Origin: an uncultured virus (IMG/VR IMGVR_UViG_2724679122_000005)
Taxonomy: Duplodnaviria > Heunggongvirae > Uroviricota > Caudoviricetes
Strand: one strand, 5' to 3'
IMG/VR virus record: IMGVR_UViG_2724679122_000005
DNA length: 64,000 nucleotides
Below are positions 40,261-49,736 of the stretch, one piece after another. The notes under the pieces are model-generated. The model saw only the letters and a list, made by a program, of their open reading frames with translations. It did not search any database and was not told the DNA's origin. The position numbers and the translations under genes were made by a program. How positions within the stretch are numbered: position 1 is the first letter of the stretch; every line of letters starts with the position of its first letter.

Positions 40261-41052
40261 ATGTCATTGCCATTTATTGTTGATTCACTTGATGCAATCA
40301 AAGAAGAACACCGAGCTTTATATGTCGAGGAAAACGGGAAGTTTCGCCTCGACTTAGAAGGTTATGAAGATCCAAAAGGTTTGAAATCTGCACTTCAAAG
40401 CGAGCGAGATGCTGCTAAGAATGCAAAGTTGGAACTTCAAAAACTTCAGAAACAATTTGAAGGAATTGATCCTGAAATTGTTAAGAAAGTCTTTGCTCAA
40501 ATTGACCAGGATGAAGAGGCCAAATTAATCGCAGAAGGCAAGGTTAACGAAGTGATTCAGAAGCGCACCGAGAAGATGCGTGAAGAGCATGAAAAGTTAC
40601 TGAAGGCCGAAAAAGAACGTGCCGATAAAGCCGAAGCTTATGCTCAAAAGTTCAAGCAATCAGTAATTCAAAGCCAAATTGTGCAGGCTGCAATTGAACT
40701 TGAAGCATTGCCAGAAGCGACCCCTGATATCGCCTTTTTAGCTCAGTCAAAGTTTGCATTAGATGAAAACGGCAAAGCTGTGGCAGTTGATGAAAACGGG
40801 GAAGTAGTCATTGGTAAAGACGGCCAAACACCGATGACCCCAAAAGAATGGGTTGAATCTCTACGCGAGCAAAAACCGTATTACTGGCCTAAACCTAATG
40901 GCATGGGCGCACCTGGTAGCAACAATTCAAAAGGTCAGCCAGACATTCTCAAAGCAGATGGCTCGGTAAATATGACCAAATTGGCGCAATTACGAAATGA
41001 AAACCCGCAACTAGCTAAAGAGCTAGCGGCAAAACACGGTATTAAACTTTAA
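40261..41052 (+). CDS. Capsid scaffolding protein
   Basis: Coiled-coil; directly upstream of capsid gene. Confidence 0.8.
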   Translation: MSLPFIVDSLDAIKEEHRALYVEENGKFRLDLEGYEDPKGLKSALQSERDAAKNAKLELQKLQKQFEGIDPEIVKKVFAQIDQDEEAKLIAEGKVNEVIQKRTEKMREEHEKLLKAEKERADKAEAYAQKFKQSVIQSQIVQAAIELEALPEATPDIAFLAQSKFALDENGKAVAVDENGEVVIGKDGQTPMTPKEWVESLREQKPYYWPKPNGMGAPGSNNSKGQPDILKADGSVNMTKLAQLRNENPQLAKELAAKHGIKL

Positions 41053-41065
41053 GGAGTAAAGCCTA

Positions 41066-42016
41066 ATGGCTGAGACAAAAATTGCTGATGTAATCGTACC
41101 TGAGTTATTTACTCCGTACGTATTAAATAAGACTGCCGAGAAGTCTGCATTATGGCAGTCAGGCATTGTTGGGGAGCTTGATGAAAAAGTCGCTTTTGGT
41201 ACAGAAGGCGGTACCACAGTAAATATTCCTTTCTGGAATGATTTAAGCGGTGAGTCCGAAGTACTTTCAGATGGTAAAGCTCTTGGGGTAAATAACATCA
41301 CGGCTGGTAAAGATATTGCTATTTTGCATGCCCGTGGTAAGGCTTGGGGTGCAAATGATTTATCTAAAGCATTATCTGGTGATGACCCATTGGGTGCGAT
41401 TGCTGATCTTGTAGCAGATTACTGGGCTCGTGAATTTCAGGGGTTTACCGTAAATACACTTAAAGGTGTATTTGGGTCTGCAAGCATGGCAGGTAATACC
41501 CATGACATTTCGGCTGGTACTGGAGCAGCAGCCGTAATTGATGGTCATTCATTTATCGATGCATCTTATAAATTGGGAGATGCTGTTGATAAATTAACAG
41601 CGATTTCAATGCACTCATTCACAATGGCAGCACTAGCCAAGCAAGGTTTAATTGAAACTGTGCGTGATGCTGATGGTGTGGTGCTTTACAAAACTTTTAT
41701 GGATCGCCGTGTGATTGTCGATGACGGTATGCCAGTGGATGGTGATGTATTTACCTCTTTCTTGTTTGGCCAAGGTGCGATTGGTTTCCAAGATATTGGT
41801 GCACCAGTTGGTGTAGAGACTGACCGAGACAGCCTAGCAGGTACAGATATTCTTATTAACCGCCGTCACTTTGTATTGCATCCTCGTGGCATTAAGTGGG
41901 CAGGTGATACAGGTATTGCACCTAATAATGCTGGTCTAGCAACAGCCGCAAACTGGGAACGTGTCTACGATCCTAAACAGATCCGTATTGTGGCATTCAA
42001 GCACAAGATCAAATAA
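41066..42016 (+). CDS. Major capsid protein, type 1
   Basis: TKIADVIVPELFTPY, NIPFWNDL, HPRGIKW, NWERVYD. Confidence 0.9.
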   Translation: MAETKIADVIVPELFTPYVLNKTAEKSALWQSGIVGELDEKVAFGTEGGTTVNIPFWNDLSGESEVLSDGKALGVNNITAGKDIAILHARGKAWGANDLSKALSGDDPLGAIADLVADYWAREFQGFTVNTLKGVFGSASMAGNTHDISAGTGAAAVIDGHSFIDASYKLGDAVDKLTAISMHSFTMAALAKQGLIETVRDADGVVLYKTFMDRRVIVDDGMPVDGDVFTSFLFGQGAIGFQDIGAPVGVETDRDSLAGTDILINRRHFVLHPRGIKWAGDTGIAPNNAGLATAANWERVYDPKQIRIVAFKHKIK

Positions 42017-42060
42017 CAAAAAGGCGGGTAACACCGCCTTATCTTTTTGGAGATCCACAT

Positions 42061-42396
42061 ATGGGACTTTCATCATTTAACCGTGCACGGGAAAGACAAC
42101 AAATGACAGAAACAAAAATTGCTGAACTCGAAGAACAACTGGCAACAGTAAAGGGCGAATTTATTGCCTTTCAAAATGATACCGAAGCAATGAAAGCACG
42201 TATTGCTGAACTTGAATCAGGTGAAGGTGGTCAAACACCTGAAGATGACCAAAAACCAAGTGATACTCAACCACAACCAATTAACTATGCTGGTCTAAAA
42301 GTAGATGAGCTTCGAGCTGTACTAACTGAAAAAGGCATTGCATTTGAAGCAGGTGCTAAAAAAGATGAACTTTTAGCATTAATTCCAAAGGAATAA
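42061..42396 (+). CDS. Coiled-coil protein with HeH/LEM-like tail
   Basis: LKVDELRAVL..GAKKDELLALI. Confidence 0.75.
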   Translation: MGLSSFNRARERQQMTETKIAELEEQLATVKGEFIAFQNDTEAMKARIAELESGEGGQTPEDDQKPSDTQPQPINYAGLKVDELRAVLTEKGIAFEAGAKKDELLALIPKE

Positions 42397-42399
42397 TTC

Positions 42400-42780
42400 A
42401 TGAGCTTTATCACTGAACAAGAAGCGATAGAACATGTTGAAGGCTTTGATGCTTTATCTGCCAGTGATAAGGCTCAATACCTCCAAATGGCCGAAGCATA
42501 TCTATTAGCACGTAACGTTAAGCCTTATGAAGATGCTACCCAAGTACCTGAACCTTTAAAAACGGCCTCCTATCAAATCATCAAGGGCATTATGAAAGGT
42601 GATCTATATCAAGGGCAGGAACAGGCACTAAAACGTAAGAAGGTCAAAGCTGATACGGTTGAGACCGAAAAGGAATATCAGGACGGATCAGTAAAGCTTA
42701 GTGCAATCGAACAATTCATTCTTGATTTGATTAAGCCTTACAGCAAACGAAAAGCTGTATTTTTTGTCAGGAAAATTTAA
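42400..42780 (+). CDS. Head-tail adaptor
   Basis: Position; homolog at 51428. Confidence 0.7.
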   Translation: MSFITEQEAIEHVEGFDALSASDKAQYLQMAEAYLLARNVKPYEDATQVPEPLKTASYQIIKGIMKGDLYQGQEQALKRKKVKADTVETEKEYQDGSVKLSAIEQFILDLIKPYSKRKAVFFVRKI

Positions 42781-43149
42781 ATGGGCTTACGTGAAGAAAT
42801 TCAGGCAGATATTGCTGAAGCATTTAATGATGATTTAGCGGACGCCGTTCATTCATTTACTTGTGACCGGATCTCAAGAAAAGATTGGGATCCTAAAACT
42901 GAAACTTATGTCGAAGTTAAAGAAAACTATTCTGGTCGTGGCGTTCTGTTTGGCTCATACAGTCAATATGAGATTCAGACGCTTGGAGTACTGGCCACAG
43001 ATAAAAAGGCTACAGTGCTGCAGAATGAAGTTACCAAAGAGCCAAAGATTGATGATGAGTGGTTAACAGCCTTAGGCTCATTCCGGGTAATTCATATTCA
43101 ACAGGATCCAGCTTCTACTATTTGGAAATGTCAGTTGAGGAAGGTATAA
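42781..43149 (+). CDS. Head closure protein
   Basis: Position; near-identical to 51821-52189. Confidence 0.7.
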   Translation: MGLREEIQADIAEAFNDDLADAVHSFTCDRISRKDWDPKTETYVEVKENYSGRGVLFGSYSQYEIQTLGVLATDKKATVLQNEVTKEPKIDDEWLTALGSFRVIHIQQDPASTIWKCQLRKV

Positions 43150-43217
43150 GCTTGTATTGATTAATTTAGTTGATTTAAGCTATATACCTATTTTTAAAAT
43201 ACTTTCTTGGGGAAATT

Positions 43218-43415
43218 ATGGGGTATATCGTTAAGTTAACCGATTCTGGTAAATATTTAATTCCAGACAATGAGGGATTGCTTACTACAACAGATTCAAA
43301 AGAAAAAGCTGTAGAATTTGGTCAAATAGATGATGAAGAGTCTGCTAAGTTAACTGCCCATAGTTTTAGTGGTGGAATGACAACTGGCGTTGATTTCATA
43401 ATTGAGAAGGTGTAA
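43218..43415 (+). CDS. Moron protein, 65 aa
   Basis: Absent from the parallel module at 52189-52198. Confidence 0.65.
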   Translation: MGYIVKLTDSGKYLIPDNEGLLTTTDSKEKAVEFGQIDDEESAKLTAHSFSGGMTTGVDFIIEKV

Positions 43416-43422
43416 TTAAATT

Positions 43423-43716
43423 ATGGCAACTCAAGCATATGTAATCGTCATTGAAATCCCAGAAAAGAAATGCCCAAATGTAAGAGGCAAAGCTAGTCTA
43501 ATTAAAGATGGTAAGGCAAAAGTTTATCTTTCAAATAATACAACTTCTAGAGATGCTGAAAATGGCTTTGACCGATATGGAGTTACAGGTGGTCGAAATG
43601 CTGTAGTAGTAACTGAGGCAACATTTCCAAAATACGAAGAAGAAATTACTAACTATCTTAATCGAAGATTTGGAGAAGACTGGTCTTTAAAATTAGAAAA
43701 GTGCTCAGTTGCATAA
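43423..43716 (+). CDS. Moron protein, 97 aa
   Basis: Followed by AAACCCAC-TTCG-GTGGGTTT terminator. Confidence 0.7.
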   Translation: MATQAYVIVIEIPEKKCPNVRGKASLIKDGKAKVYLSNNTTSRDAENGFDRYGVTGGRNAVVVTEATFPKYEEEITNYLNRRFGEDWSLKLEKCSVA

Positions 43717-43767
43717 ATTAAAACCCACTTCGGTGGGTTTTTTAATGGGCGCAATTTAGGAGTTTGA

Positions 43768-44177
43768 ATGGTAAATACAACTACGTTCCTTTGTGGCTTA
43801 TCTCACCATTTCAGCATGTGCATTACACATTAGTTCGAAATCAACTGCATATGGATTTGCTATTTGAGGACATGAATAAGGTCGATCAATTCTTGTCTAT
43901 TGAAGGGGCTGCAGCTCAGGTTGATTTCTATTCCGAAGGTGCATATGCAGTTGTTCAGCTTGGTGATACTTCAGAAAGAAATCAGATTGAAGTGTATGGA
44001 TTGCTTTTACATGAAGCTGTTCATGTCTGGCAAAAGATTAAAAAGCTCATGGGTGAACGAGAACCGAGCTCTGAGTTTGAAGCTTATTCAATTCAGGCGA
44101 TCGCTCAGGATCTCTTTAAGATGTATGAGGAAAGCGAGGTTAAAAGTCATGGGGTGGAAGGGGAAAAAGCCGACTAG
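43768..44177 (+). CDS. Phage protein with HExxH motif (5' frameshift)
   Basis: LLHEAVH; homolog at 52198. Confidence 0.7.
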
Positions 44178-44517
44178 TTTTAGTCTTGATGTGTCTAAAG
44201 CAGCAGAAGCACATGTAAAGAATATTGTCATGGATACCGTGCAATCCTTAGTTAATTTAAGTCCTGTTGATACTGGAGCATACCGTGCTTCACATATTGT
44301 TTCGATTGGATCTGCTGATTTCGGCGTGCGTGAACCTGAAACAAACCCAATTCAAGATGCAGCAATTCAAGCTGTAAAGATTAAATTGGGCAATTTGGTT
44401 TATATCCAGAACAATAAAGCTTATGCACCCCGCTTAGAAAACGGCTGGTCTGATCAAGCACCACAAGGTATTTATGGCCTCACGTTTAACTTTATTTCTC
44501 AAAAGTACGGTGGTTAA
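44149..44517 (+). CDS. HK97 gp10-like tail component
   Basis: SPVDTGAYRAS, YAPRLENGWS. Confidence 0.85.
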   Translation: MGWKGKKPTSFSLDVSKAAEAHVKNIVMDTVQSLVNLSPVDTGAYRASHIVSIGSADFGVREPETNPIQDAAIQAVKIKLGNLVYIQNNKAYAPRLENGWSDQAPQGIYGLTFNFISQKYGG

Positions 44518-44518
44518 G

Positions 44519-44917
44519 ATGGCAATGACTTTAGAGCAAACAAGGCAAGCTATTATTGATCGTATGCAAAGCTTTACTGGTATTGCGCAGGACAGAATAC
44601 AGTATCCAAATGCTCCAGGCTTTAATGTACCTAAAGATGGTGTTTGGTGCCGCTTAACGATTGCAGGTGGTCCCAGTTTTAATTCTGGCATTGCAGATAA
44701 GCCATGTACTCGCCGTACCGGTAATATCATGATTCAATGCTTTGCACGTCCCAATTCAGGAATAATTGAAATCACAAAATTGAGTGATGCATTACTTGCT
44801 CATTTTGAATATTTCACAATCGAACACTTAGAATGTTTGAATGGCCAATCTATTTATGCGGGTAAAGATGCTGATTTCATTCAGTATAATGTGAGCATTG
44901 GGTACAAGGTGAATTGA
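44519..44917 (+). CDS. Tail terminator-like protein
   Basis: Position; homolog at 52944. Confidence 0.7.
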   Translation: MAMTLEQTRQAIIDRMQSFTGIAQDRIQYPNAPGFNVPKDGVWCRLTIAGGPSFNSGIADKPCTRRTGNIMIQCFARPNSGIIEITKLSDALLAHFEYFTIEHLECLNGQSIYAGKDADFIQYNVSIGYKVN

Positions 44918-44918
44918 T

Positions 44919-45137
44919 ATGTCATGTATGCTGACTTTAGAAGAAATCGAAATTAAACGGCAAGAACTGGAACGGCATCTTGAAGATGTTATGTCTGTTG
45001 AGTTGAGCAAATGGCAATCTGAAAACAAGCTATGTGTTTCTGATGTGAATATACGCTTGGCTAATGTTGTTAGTCTCGGAGGGCCTAAACATAACGTTGT
45101 TACTGGAGTAAGTGTCGATTTAGATAATGAGCTTTGA
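44919..45137 (+). CDS. Phage hypothetical protein
   Basis: 72-aa ORF. Confidence 0.65.
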   Translation: MSCMLTLEEIEIKRQELERHLEDVMSVELSKWQSENKLCVSDVNIRLANVVSLGGPKHNVVTGVSVDLDNEL

Positions 45138-45245
45138 GTTCAAGAAAAAGCTACTGCAAGGCGATTATTTTTAATGACCTCAGCATATTATCATTTGTGA
45201 TTACATTCTGTTACAGTAATGGAAATTTATAACAAATGGTAAAAC

Positions 45246-45767
45246 ATGAAAAAATCAACTTTAGGCTGGGGTGCCGCAGGATTAGTAGCTTTAGGGATTT
45301 TTGGTTCAGGCAATGATAACTCTCCAAAACAAACTTCAGACTCAGAAAATGCGCAGAGTGCAGTAGAGGAAGTTATCGAATCAAAATATATCAACACTAA
45401 TTCTTTAAATATTAGAGATAAACCAAACGGTCAAGTAGTAGGAAAGTTAGGACGTGGGGAAAAAGTTGATATTTATGAGATGAAAGGAAACTGGGCACGT
45501 ATTTCCTTAAATTCCTCATCACCTCAGTGGTTATCAACAAAGCTATTATGTGAAACGGATGGCTGTTTTAAACAAAAGTCTCGATCAACCACGTCAAATA
45601 ATTATCAGGCCTTAAAATCTCATCCTCATCATTCTGAAAGAAAACAGAAAAAAACCTACTACGATAGTGATTGTTCATGTGCTGTGGTGGATTATTGCGT
45701 GGGTCCTAGAGGTGGGCACTACTGTATTACGAGTGGAGGAAACAAGAGATATAAACCTAGATATTAA
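45246..45767 (+). CDS. Exported SH3b-domain protein with Cys/GPRGG tail
   Basis: LNIRDKP..VVGKL..GEKV..NWARI; CSC..YCVGPRGGHYC. Confidence 0.8.
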   Translation: MKKSTLGWGAAGLVALGIFGSGNDNSPKQTSDSENAQSAVEEVIESKYINTNSLNIRDKPNGQVVGKLGRGEKVDIYEMKGNWARISLNSSSPQWLSTKLLCETDGCFKQKSRSTTSNNYQALKSHPHHSERKQKKTYYDSDCSCAVVDYCVGPRGGHYCITSGGNKRYKPRY

Positions 45768-45864
45768 TTAATTTGAATTATGAGACCTCCATTTTGAGAG
45801 GTACTTTATGTCTTAATCACTACCACCTCATCGGTGGTTTTTTTTATGTCTATAGGAATCACTT

Positions 45865-46218
45865 ATGAGCAATTTTGTATTTAAGCGTGGTGACACTTTC
45901 AACTTAAATCTTCAGCTAGTTGATATGGATGAAGCCCTGCAATATCCACCAGATGATGTGCGCCGTGCAATTGATCTTACAGGTTATACCTTCACTTCAC
46001 AGGTTAAAGCTCTGGCTGATGGTGCTACTGTGGCCACATTAACTTGTACTGCATTAAGCCAAAGCACACAGAAAGGGTGGCTGAACATTAAATCTAGTGC
46101 AAGCACTGCAACTTGGCCTTTAGGGCTGTGTCAGATGGATATTAAAGCTGTAGTTAGTGGCACTACACAGCACACTGAAACTTTGACTTTCCAAGTGATT
46201 GACGGAGTAACAGCATAA
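45865..46218 (+). CDS. Virion accessory/baseplate-like protein
   Basis: KRGDTF..IDLTGYTFTSQVK. Confidence 0.6.
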   Translation: MSNFVFKRGDTFNLNLQLVDMDEALQYPPDDVRRAIDLTGYTFTSQVKALADGATVATLTCTALSQSTQKGWLNIKSSASTATWPLGLCQMDIKAVVSGTTQHTETLTFQVIDGVTA

Positions 46219-47397
46219 TGGCAAATCTTGTTTTTAAATTTAGTTGGGATCATCGGCCATTCCCATATAACGCCTCACAGGGCAAGCGGCAGTTTATGTT
46301 GCCATTTGCGTCAGGTATTCCCAATCTGGCACCCAACTTTTCTCAAGTAGTTGGTACTGCAGCTATCTCTCAAGGTGGAACGGGGGCAACTACAGCGGCT
46401 GGTGCACGAGCTAACCTAGGCGCAGCTGCAAGTGGGGTAAATAGTGATATTAGTGAGCTTAAGGGACTTACAACCCCTTTATCAATTTCTCAGGGAGGAT
46501 TAGGAGCTGATAATGCACAGACAGCTAGAATGAATTTGGGGTTAGGAACTGCTGCTGTACTAGCGTCAACAACAAGTCAATATGATCCTACGCCGGGACG
46601 AGCACTAAGAGTCGGTGATTGGGGGATAGGGGCTGAAGGTTCTCGTGTATCTGATATGGTTGCTCCTCTTAATAATGGTTTTTTTCGAACAGATGACACT
46701 TTAACAAATGATACTGGTAATAGTATTGGTCCTTATGGTTTCTTTTTACACTGTACCCGACGCTCAATGGGTTTATATACAAATGGAAGTCATTCATTTC
46801 AGCTTGGGAAAGCTGCCTCATATTCTGCCCTGAAGTATCGATTTAATAATAGTGGTACTTGGTCTAATTGGTTTAATTTATTGACTGCACAAAATACTAC
46901 AACTGATGGAAATGGTTTTATTAAAGCCGCTTCACCAGTCGTTAAGCTTTTCCAAAGTCATATTGAGCTAAATAACGATGCTGCCAAGCAACCGATCACT
47001 TTTTGACAAATTAGGCACTGGTGACTATCTGATTAAGGGCTCTTTAGGCTTTGCACAGGAAGGTTGGTATATCGAAGTACCTAAGGATGCCAACGGTAAT
47101 ACGGTAGTAGCAGTTGAATATTCAACCTTAGAAAATGGTGATCTTTCTATTAAAACTTATAAACGTAAGTTTGATGTGGAAAAGGCAGCCATTGTAGCTG
47201 ATCTCGAAAATCCACTTGATATTCCAGAAGGCCGCTGGATTGATATCCGTCTGCATGAAGAACCTGAACCAGAGCCTGAAGAGCCGTTGAGTGAAACACC
47301 AGTGGATTTCCAGCCGACTAACTTATCTCAGGCAGTTGCTGCAGCCATGAATGGCGTGGAACCGCCAGAAATCTCAGAAACAGACGAAACACTTTAA
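46218..47397 (+). CDS. Tail-fibre-like protein (frameshift near 47003)
   Basis: GGTGATTAAGARANLG repeats; WSNW; DGNGFIKAASP..GTGDY. Confidence 0.75.
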
Positions 47398-47449
47398 TAA
47401 CCCGCTTAAACAGCGGGTTTTTTATTGCCTAAATTTTGGAGAACCATAA

Positions 47450-48367
47450 ATGAGTTCAGGCGCAAAAATTCGATTATATGCTTGTGAGGAAGCAGTTTTA
47501 GGAACAACTCCTGCAAATCCAGTCTGGTACACCGTTCGCCGTGTTACTGATAGTTTGACTGAAAATGTTACTACTGAAGATAGCAGTGAAGTAGTTGATT
47601 CACGTTTTCGCCAAGGCGCTGTTGTAACGGAAGCCGAAGTAACTGGTCAACTAGAGTTTGAATTATCACTAGGTACCTTTGACTTATTCTTAAATGTTCT
47701 CGCTTTCAATAACTGGGCTGCAAATGCTTTAAGTTTTGGTGGTGGAGTACGTAAGTCTCTTACCTTGGTAAAAGTCTTTGAAGATATTGGTCAAGTCTTT
47801 ATTTATCGTGGTATTCAAGTGAATACAGGTGAAATGACGATCCAGACCACAGGCAAAATCACTGGTAACTTTGGTTTAGTAGGTAGCTCATTTACGCGAC
47901 AGCAGGTTAATCCTGTTACAAATCCTATTCCAGCATCGACTCGCCCTCTGGTGAGTATGCCAAATGTTGAAAAGCTACTTATTAATGGTCAATCAATTCA
48001 GGGTAAAGCTTGTCTGCAGACACTTACCATCAACTTTAGTAATAATCTGGAAGCGATCCGTTGTATCGGTTCTGGTAAGTACACGCCTGAGTTTTACTTA
48101 GAGAAAATGATGGATATTGGCGTAAATGCTAATTTCATGTTTTCAGCAACATCTGCTTCTTGGATTGATGCTATTAAAACCCGTGATGTATTTACATTGA
48201 CCTTCGATATTACAGATACCAAAGGCAGTAAGTACTCGTTTAACTTCCCGCAACTTGAAGTTAAGGAAGCAAATCACCCTGATGGTGGTGGCGATGACAT
48301 TATTACAATAGATATCAATTTTGCCCAAGTGCGTACCAGTCCAACGATTGTACGTGCTCTTGTGTAA
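47450..48367 (+). CDS. Major tail tube protein
   Basis: MSSGAK..GTTP; size and position. Confidence 0.85.
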   Translation: MSSGAKIRLYACEEAVLGTTPANPVWYTVRRVTDSLTENVTTEDSSEVVDSRFRQGAVVTEAEVTGQLEFELSLGTFDLFLNVLAFNNWAANALSFGGGVRKSLTLVKVFEDIGQVFIYRGIQVNTGEMTIQTTGKITGNFGLVGSSFTRQQVNPVTNPIPASTRPLVSMPNVEKLLINGQSIQGKACLQTLTINFSNNLEAIRCIGSGKYTPEFYLEKMMDIGVNANFMFSATSASWIDAIKTRDVFTLTFDITDTKGSKYSFNFPQLEVKEANHPDGGGDDIITIDINFAQVRTSPTIVRALV

Positions 48368-48635
48368 TCAACTTATTCAGTAACAAAGCCTATGGAAACC
48401 CATGGGCTTTTTTATTTCTAAAAATTAGAGGTTGTTATGGCTTTAAAAGTCGGAATTATTAAAAGCTCAGACGTATCAAAANNNNNNNNNNNNNNNNNNN
48501 NNNNNNNNNNNNNNNNNNNNNNNNNNNNNNNNNNNNNNNNNNNNNNNNNNNNNNNNNNNNNNNNNNNNNNNNNNNNNNNNNTTGAAGTTAATTTTTAACC
48601 ATAGCACCTTCGGGTGCTTTTTTTGTGAGAAGAAA

Positions 48636-48827
48636 ATGCCAAGCCCTATTATCCAATATTTCCAATATGAACATTTACCTGAACATTTGCAGCAAGTTAG
48701 TAAGCCAATTGGTGATTTAGCTCGGCAAATGGATGAGCAACTTCCTGACGGGCCTGAAAAATCCACTGGATTAAGAAAGCTACTTGAAGCAAAAGATGCA
48801 TTTGTACGCCAAGCTTTAAGTAAATAA
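48636..48827 (+). CDS. 63-aa helical-hairpin protein (candidate Acb2/Tad1-like sponge)
   Basis: YFQYEHLP..LP.GPEKSTGLRKLLEAKDAFVR; same leader as 39860. Confidence 0.7.
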   Translation: MPSPIIQYFQYEHLPEHLQQVSKPIGDLARQMDEQLPDGPEKSTGLRKLLEAKDAFVRQALSK

Positions 48828-48941
48828 TCATTTATAGAAATGAAGCGTCCTAAAGGGCGCTTTTTTTATTGCCTGCCGAAAGCGGATGCTAACGGCGAAT
48901 CCGGGCGGATGCCCATTTTGTATATATAGGTTGGATGACCA

Positions 48942-49709
48942 ATGAAACTTAAAACAGTAACAATCGACGGTAAAGTTTATGCGGAAGTAGACGGTGATAA
49001 GCCGATCTATATTCATGATGACGGCAAAGAAATGCCACATGATGCACCACACTCGGTAGCAACAATTGCACGCTTAAACAATGAAGCTAAAACACATCGT
49101 GAAGCCAAAGAAGCAGCTGAAAAAGCATTAAAAGCTTTTGAAGGAATCGAAGACCCTGCGGCAGCTAAAAAGGCATTACAAACAATCCAAAATCTCGACG
49201 ATAAAAAGCTGGTGGATGCTGGTGAAGTTGAGAAAGTGAAAGCTGAAGCTATCAAGGCAGTTGAAGAAAAATATGCTCCGATTGTTGAGCAACGTGACGC
49301 ACTAGAAGCCTCTTTACACAAAGAACTAATCGGCGGTGGTTTTGCTCGTTCTAAGTACATTCAAGACAACATTGCAGTACCTGTGGACATGGTTCAGGCA
49401 ACCTTTGGCCATCACTTCAAAATCGAAGAAGGCAAGGTGGTTGCATACGATCCGAACGGCGAAAAGATTTATTCACGTGTCCGCCCGGGTGAACTTGCAA
49501 ATGTTGATGAAGCTTTAGAGTCCTTGGTTGGTGGATACCAGCATAAAGACTTAATTCTTAAAGGTGGTAAAGGAACTGGTGGCGGTTTCCAAAGCGGGGG
49601 CAAAGGTGGAGCGCCTGCAGGAATGAAACGCAGTGAAATGTCTGTTTCTCAGAAAGCTGACTACATCAAAGAACATGGCAATGATGCCTTCCTAAAACTG
49701 CCGAACTAA
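48942..49709 (+). CDS. Capsid scaffolding protein, type 2
   Basis: Coiled-coil, Gly-rich linker, upstream of capsid gene. Confidence 0.8.
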   Translation: MKLKTVTIDGKVYAEVDGDKPIYIHDDGKEMPHDAPHSVATIARLNNEAKTHREAKEAAEKALKAFEGIEDPAAAKKALQTIQNLDDKKLVDAGEVEKVKAEAIKAVEEKYAPIVEQRDALEASLHKELIGGGFARSKYIQDNIAVPVDMVQATFGHHFKIEEGKVVAYDPNGEKIYSRVRPGELANVDEALESLVGGYQHKDLILKGGKGTGGGFQSGGKGGAPAGMKRSEMSVSQKADYIKEHGNDAFLKLPN

Positions 49710-49736
49710 TCATTAAAAATTTGGAGATAAGTAGTT

